Shown piece after piece: positions 60,183 through 64,000 of a stretch of 64,000 nt of DNA (positions are counted from its first letter, which is position 1; each line of letters starts with the position of its first letter). Below the pieces are notes generated by a model. The model saw only the letters and a program-made list of their open reading frames with translations, ran no database searches and was not told where the DNA came from. The DNA is from Flavobacterium sp. (lineage in GTDB: Bacteria; Bacteroidota; Bacteroidia; Flavobacteriales; Flavobacteriaceae): assembly GCA_015234525.1 (NCBI GenBank), contig JADGMX010000017.1, positions 7,910 to 71,909 of the forward strand. Direction: 5' to 3'. A program made the position numbers and the translations under genes.

Positions 60183-60524
60183 TTATTCTGTTCGTTCATA
60201 TTTGCAACAACCATGTAGATTTGAATAATCGTCGTCGGAAGCTTTCACGCCTTCGGTATCATGACCAGCCTTTGCAATTGCTTTCTGAATTGTCTCAGTA
60301 TCGGTTTTTTCTTCATTGACAATTAAATTCAGCTTTTCAGTCGACACATCCCAGGAAGCCGACTTCACTCCGCTGACCGAAAAGGCTGCTTTCTCAATTC
60401 TCTTTTTGCACATTTCACAATTTCCGTCAACGTGCATTTCAATTTTTGCGTTCTTGTTTTTTGATTGTGCATTTGCCGACAGTCCGAAAAATGCCAGCAC
60501 ACATGCTAGAAATAATGTTTTCAT
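60183..60524 (-). CDS. Secreted heavy-metal-associated (HMA) domain protein
   Basis: Signal peptide MKTLFLACVLAFFGLSANA. HVDGNCEMCKKRIEKA (CxxC metal site) and a C-terminal HGCC. ATG at 60524 is preferred. Confidence 0.8.
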   Translation of the reverse strand: MKTLFLACVLAFFGLSANAQSKNKNAKIEMHVDGNCEMCKKRIEKAAFSVSGVKSASWDVSTEKLNLIVNEEKTDTETIQKAIAKAGHDTEGVKASDDDYSNLHGCCKYERTE

Positions 60525-60531
60525 ATATTTT

Positions 60532-62556
60532 TTATTTGATTTTAAAACGGATTCCGGCGTAATACATTTGGCCAAACACCGGCGCATAAATCACCGATGT
60601 ATCAAAATTTGAACCGAATGGATCATTTGCACCTAAAATCGCCTTGTCTTGTTTGTAATTTCCAATATTCTCTGCACCGACATACAATTCAAAAACCGAC
60701 GAGAATGTCCGAGTAATTTGGGCATTCATCAGTGAAAATGACGGAGAAAATTCGCCTAACTGATCCTCAACCGGATTTCCAAAAGTTGACGGCAACTGCT
60801 GTTTTCCCATCCAATTGTAGGTAAAGTCAAATTTCCATTGACTTCCATTGTCCTTGATATGTGTTTCGAATTCAAGATTGGCAAACACCCGATGCTTTGC
60901 TTGCAGAGGACGCTGGAATTCGCCCGAAAGATAATCAGTTCCAATGTCGTAATATTTATATGCCGTACGTAGATTTAAATGATGCGCCAGTTCGTAGTTA
61001 AATTCAACTTGCAAACTATTTGCATACGAATCTCCTTTCAGGTTATATATCGAGACTTGTTGCGGCCCCTGAAAAAGATCAACAATAGCTTGATTCTGGA
61101 AATCGGTTCGGTAAAAATCAAGTCCCACATCCGCCCTCTTTCCGAACAAATCAAACCCTTGATTAAAACTGACGCCGTAATTCCACGCAATTTCAGGATC
61201 CAAACCGTAAATCTCACCGCTTGAATTTAAAATATTGAATATGCGGGAACTTGCAAAAAGGTTTTGGTTTTCAGCAAAGATATTGGCCGAACGTTTCCCG
61301 CGACCGGCTGATGCGCGAACCACAGCCCGATTCCACGGATTATATCGCAAATGCACACGAGGTGTAAAAAAGACTCCAAGCCTGTTATGGGTATCCACCC
61401 GACCACCTGCAACCAAGCTGAAATTATCGGTGTTGTCATACGTATATTCGAAAAAAGCGCCCAAAGAAGTATCGGTTCTTTCAAAATCCCGATCGATTCC
61501 GGGTATCGCTACCAATTCGTCGTAGTTGTCATACGTAAAGTTGATTCCACTTGCGAACTTATGCATGGTATTGCTGATAATCGAATTGAAAATCAAATTC
61601 GAGTAAAAGCTCTTATGATCGATATTGTATTGATTTAATCCGAAGTACGAATCTTGTTTATGGCTGCTAAACGCGTTCTGAAACCCGATACTTTGATACG
61701 GCATATCCTGAAAAACGTAACCTATTTTGGTCGACGCGTCAAATCGTTCGGTATTAATTTCCGATCCCCAGTAATTTGTAGTCAACCGGTCACGGTCAGG
61801 ATCAAACTCCAACTGACCTGTTTGTTTTTCGTCGTTCAAATACCGAACATTGATAAAACTTACGAGTCCGCGTTCGGCATCAGTATATTGCCAACGGTTT
61901 AATATGTTGTACTGCCGGCCAAGCGGATTGTCGAGGAACCCATCGTTATTCATGTCGTTTTCGCTTACGCGGACATTATTATGGAAGAACAAACTCGTAC
62001 TCCACTTATCCGAAATCCGTTTGTTGAAATGCGTATTGAGTTCAAACCGCGAATCAGTTGAACCATATATATTAAGGTAAAACGGAATATCTCCGGCGGG
62101 TTTTATGAGTTCAGTATTGATCTGGCCGGAAATGCTTTCAAAACCATTGACCACCGAACCGGCGCCCTTGGTAATCTGAATGCTTTCAACCCAAGTCCCG
62201 GGAGTAAACGACAAGCCATAAGCCTGCGACGCGCCTCGAACCGAAGGTATATTTTCTTCGGTGATCATCAGGTACGGACTTGTGAGCCCAAGCATTTTTA
62301 TTTGTTTGGTACCGGTTAACGCATCCGAAAAATTGACGTCAATTGATGGATTGGTTTCAAAACTTTCAGCAAGGTTGCAGCACGCGGCTTTAAGTAATTC
62401 CTTACTGGTCATGACTGTTGTATTTGTGGTCACGCGCATTGATTTGCGCAGACTTTTAGTGCTGCTCTGAACTTTGATCTCTTGCAAAGTATCCTGCGAG
62501 TACGCACTGTTGAAGCTGATCATTATCAGCATTGGAAGAATGATATATTTATGCAT
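60532..62556 (-). CDS. TonB-dependent outer-membrane receptor
   Basis: Signal peptide, plug domain (…LAESFETNPSIDVNFSDALTGTKQIKMLGL…), 22-strand-sized barrel, and terminal YYAGIRFKIK ending in an aromatic/Lys beta-signal. Confidence 0.88.
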   Translation of the reverse strand: MHKYIILPMLIMISFNSAYSQDTLQEIKVQSSTKSLRKSMRVTTNTTVMTSKELLKAACCNLAESFETNPSIDVNFSDALTGTKQIKMLGLTSPYLMITEENIPSVRGASQAYGLSFTPGTWVESIQITKGAGSVVNGFESISGQINTELIKPAGDIPFYLNIYGSTDSRFELNTHFNKRISDKWSTSLFFHNNVRVSENDMNNDGFLDNPLGRQYNILNRWQYTDAERGLVSFINVRYLNDEKQTGQLEFDPDRDRLTTNYWGSEINTERFDASTKIGYVFQDMPYQSIGFQNAFSSHKQDSYFGLNQYNIDHKSFYSNLIFNSIISNTMHKFASGINFTYDNYDELVAIPGIDRDFERTDTSLGAFFEYTYDNTDNFSLVAGGRVDTHNRLGVFFTPRVHLRYNPWNRAVVRASAGRGKRSANIFAENQNLFASSRIFNILNSSGEIYGLDPEIAWNYGVSFNQGFDLFGKRADVGLDFYRTDFQNQAIVDLFQGPQQVSIYNLKGDSYANSLQVEFNYELAHHLNLRTAYKYYDIGTDYLSGEFQRPLQAKHRVFANLEFETHIKDNGSQWKFDFTYNWMGKQQLPSTFGNPVEDQLGEFSPSFSLMNAQITRTFSSVFELYVGAENIGNYKQDKAILGANDPFGSNFDTSVIYAPVFGQMYYAGIRFKIK

Positions 62557-62603
62557 TACATCTGATTAAATGTTTATAATAAAGCCGAAGCGATAAACAT
62601 TGA

Positions 62604-63026
62604 TCAGGCGTAGAAAATATATTGATTAAATAATTTGAAAAGTGGTGGCGCATTAGCATCACAGTAGTACGAAACCTGACTGGTATCTGACCCAACATCT
62701 ATAACCGAAAAAGTTATCGGCTTCCAGGATTCAATAATGTATGGCGACTCAAATTGAAAGGAAAATGCTTTAACAACAACATCGTCTGTATTATCTTGTA
62801 GGTCGATAATGTTGTTTGAACAGCAATCTTTGTGATCGGCATCAACCTTAGCACAGCACGAACCGGCTTGTTTTTCGACCGGCATATCGCATACTTCTTC
62901 ATCGCTGTACGTTGAAGAGATCGAAGCAATTTTACCTTCACAAAAATGTATGGTCAGAGCAAAGCCGGTATTGCAAACGAGCAGCAATATGGCTAAGATC
63001 AGACTTGTACATTTTTTAAATCCCAT
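62604..63026 (-). CDS. HYC_CC_PP-type small secreted Cys-rich protein
   Basis: Signal/anchor, then IHFCEG, SCCAK, DCCSN and APPLFK, i.e. the H-(Y/F)-C, CC, PP landmarks I recall for this Bacteroidota family. Confidence 0.6.
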   Translation of the reverse strand: MGFKKCTSLILAILLLVCNTGFALTIHFCEGKIASISSTYSDEEVCDMPVEKQAGSCCAKVDADHKDCCSNNIIDLQDNTDDVVVKAFSFQFESPYIIESWKPITFSVIDVGSDTSQVSYYCDANAPPLFKLFNQYIFYA

Positions 63027-63067
63027 GCTGCAAAGTTACCTAATATCAATCATTTAAAAAATTGTCT

Positions 63068-63508
63068 TCAGCCTTTTTTTTCATTTCTCGTCTGGAAATA
63101 GAAACCGGGAATGAATATCAGAAGAAGTATCGGTTGGATTAAAAACCGTCGGATATAGAAAATCGCCATTTTATTTTCGGGGAAAAACGCCAGGACGATC
63201 GCAAGAGCGAAAATCAGAAGAACTAAAAACATGAAGAACAAAACTGCAGACAACGTAACAACATCTCGCTGTTTGAAAATCACATATATCAATACTAGCG
63301 AAAGCATCGAGTTTATCGCATATCGGATCGATAAATTAACGTATAGCAGTATAGCATCATAGGATGGCAGCGGTTTGTCTGTAAACTCTGATTTAAAAAA
63401 TGCAGTGAACGGATCATAGAACAGCACGTCTTCAAATGCGCGTACGACGGCAAAAATCACCACAATCAAAAATGCCGTTGCAAATTTTAAAATAAGTCTA
63501 TTTCGCAT
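63068..63508 (-). CDS. Exosortase F system-associated membrane protein
   Basis: 146 aa with four hydrophobic helices. FEDVLFYDPF motif. It overlaps the upstream xrtF stop by 11 nt. Confidence 0.7.
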   Translation of the reverse strand: MRNRLILKFATAFLIVVIFAVVRAFEDVLFYDPFTAFFKSEFTDKPLPSYDAILLYVNLSIRYAINSMLSLVLIYVIFKQRDVVTLSAVLFFMFLVLLIFALAIVLAFFPENKMAIFYIRRFLIQPILLLIFIPGFYFQTRNEKKG

Positions 63509-64000
63509 CCGCGGAGAATTTATTGACCCATATCACCCAAAGCAAAAATACGACTCCATAGATAAACAGCGGAAACAAAACACCGTGTAAAAAGCCTTCA
63601 TACTGGGGATAGTGATAAATAGCTGATGCCAAAAGCGCGATTCGGCTGATGTTTAAAAAATGAATCAAAACACATCCGAAGACCATAAAAAGTACTGTAG
63701 TCCGGAACTTTCCCGTGAACGCCACCACAAAAGACACAAACAGAATCATGACGCTAAGCGCGTTGCAGCCTTCGATAATTCGGGCAACATAATTTCCGTT
63801 ATAGATCAACTTAATCGATGGTTGATTCTCGTGAGGGGAAAGGTTAACATCGGCAGCGAAAAGCTCAGCTAAGAACTCGGTTTGAACGCCAACCAATCTA
63901 GTAAACGGATCTACATCATTCGGCTTTACAACGGTTTGTGACAGATAAAACTGATAAACCACCGAAAGCAAAATATACGTCAGAAAAAATTTTCCGAGAA
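63498..64000 (-). CDS. xrtF: Exosortase family protein XrtF (N-terminus runs off the window)
   Basis: The frame stays open to position 64000 (…LGKFFLTYILLSVVYQFYLSQ). Polytopic, with IIEGCNALSVMILFVSFVVAF (exosortase catalytic Cys block) and ISRIALL. Confidence 0.75.
   Translation of the reverse strand, partial: LGKFFLTYILLSVVYQFYLSQTVVKPNDVDPFTRLVGVQTEFLAELFAADVNLSPHENQPSIKLIYNGNYVARIIEGCNALSVMILFVSFVVAFTGKFRTTVLFMVFGCVLIHFLNISRIALLASAIYHYPQYEGFLHGVLFPLFIYGVVFLLWVIWVNKFSADAK

Overview
The window looks like a chromosomal segment of a Flavobacteriia (Bacteroidota) genome. Supporting evidence is an intact gldK-gldL-gldM-gldN gliding/T9SS core operon, a T9SS C-terminal sorting domain, exosortase F, TAnnTTTG-type -7 promoter boxes and near-absence of Shine-Dalgarno sites. 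Most of it is housekeeping: topA, miaB, a sigma-54 activator-lptE-secG cluster, groES/groEL, an ABC-F ATPase, a TamB/TamA-like pair, and one initiator tRNA-Met. Accessory content includes Ku+LigD (NHEJ), a glycosyltransferase+UDP-galactopyranose mutase pair, a plant-type LRR protein and a free-standing NUMOD4/HNH endonuclease. It also includes several base-damage repair genes (AlkD-like, SRAP, Xth) and a lipid kinase/phosphatase/acyltransferase trio. I found no CRISPR array, transposase, integrase or prophage, and no convincing multi-gene defence system. The best second-look candidates are: (1) nine copies of a GC-rich, hairpin-cored intergenic repeat family that mostly abut gene 3' ends; (2) five paralogous stand-alone receiver (REC) proteins within about 5 kb with no histidine kinase in the window, one translationally coupled to exonuclease III; (3) a co-linear xrtF / XrtF-associated / HYC_CC_PP / TonB-dependent receptor / HMA gene string; (4) four consecutive decayed genes confined to the first 4 kb. 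All product calls rest on motif recognition by eye in the supplied translations, and no database search was run.
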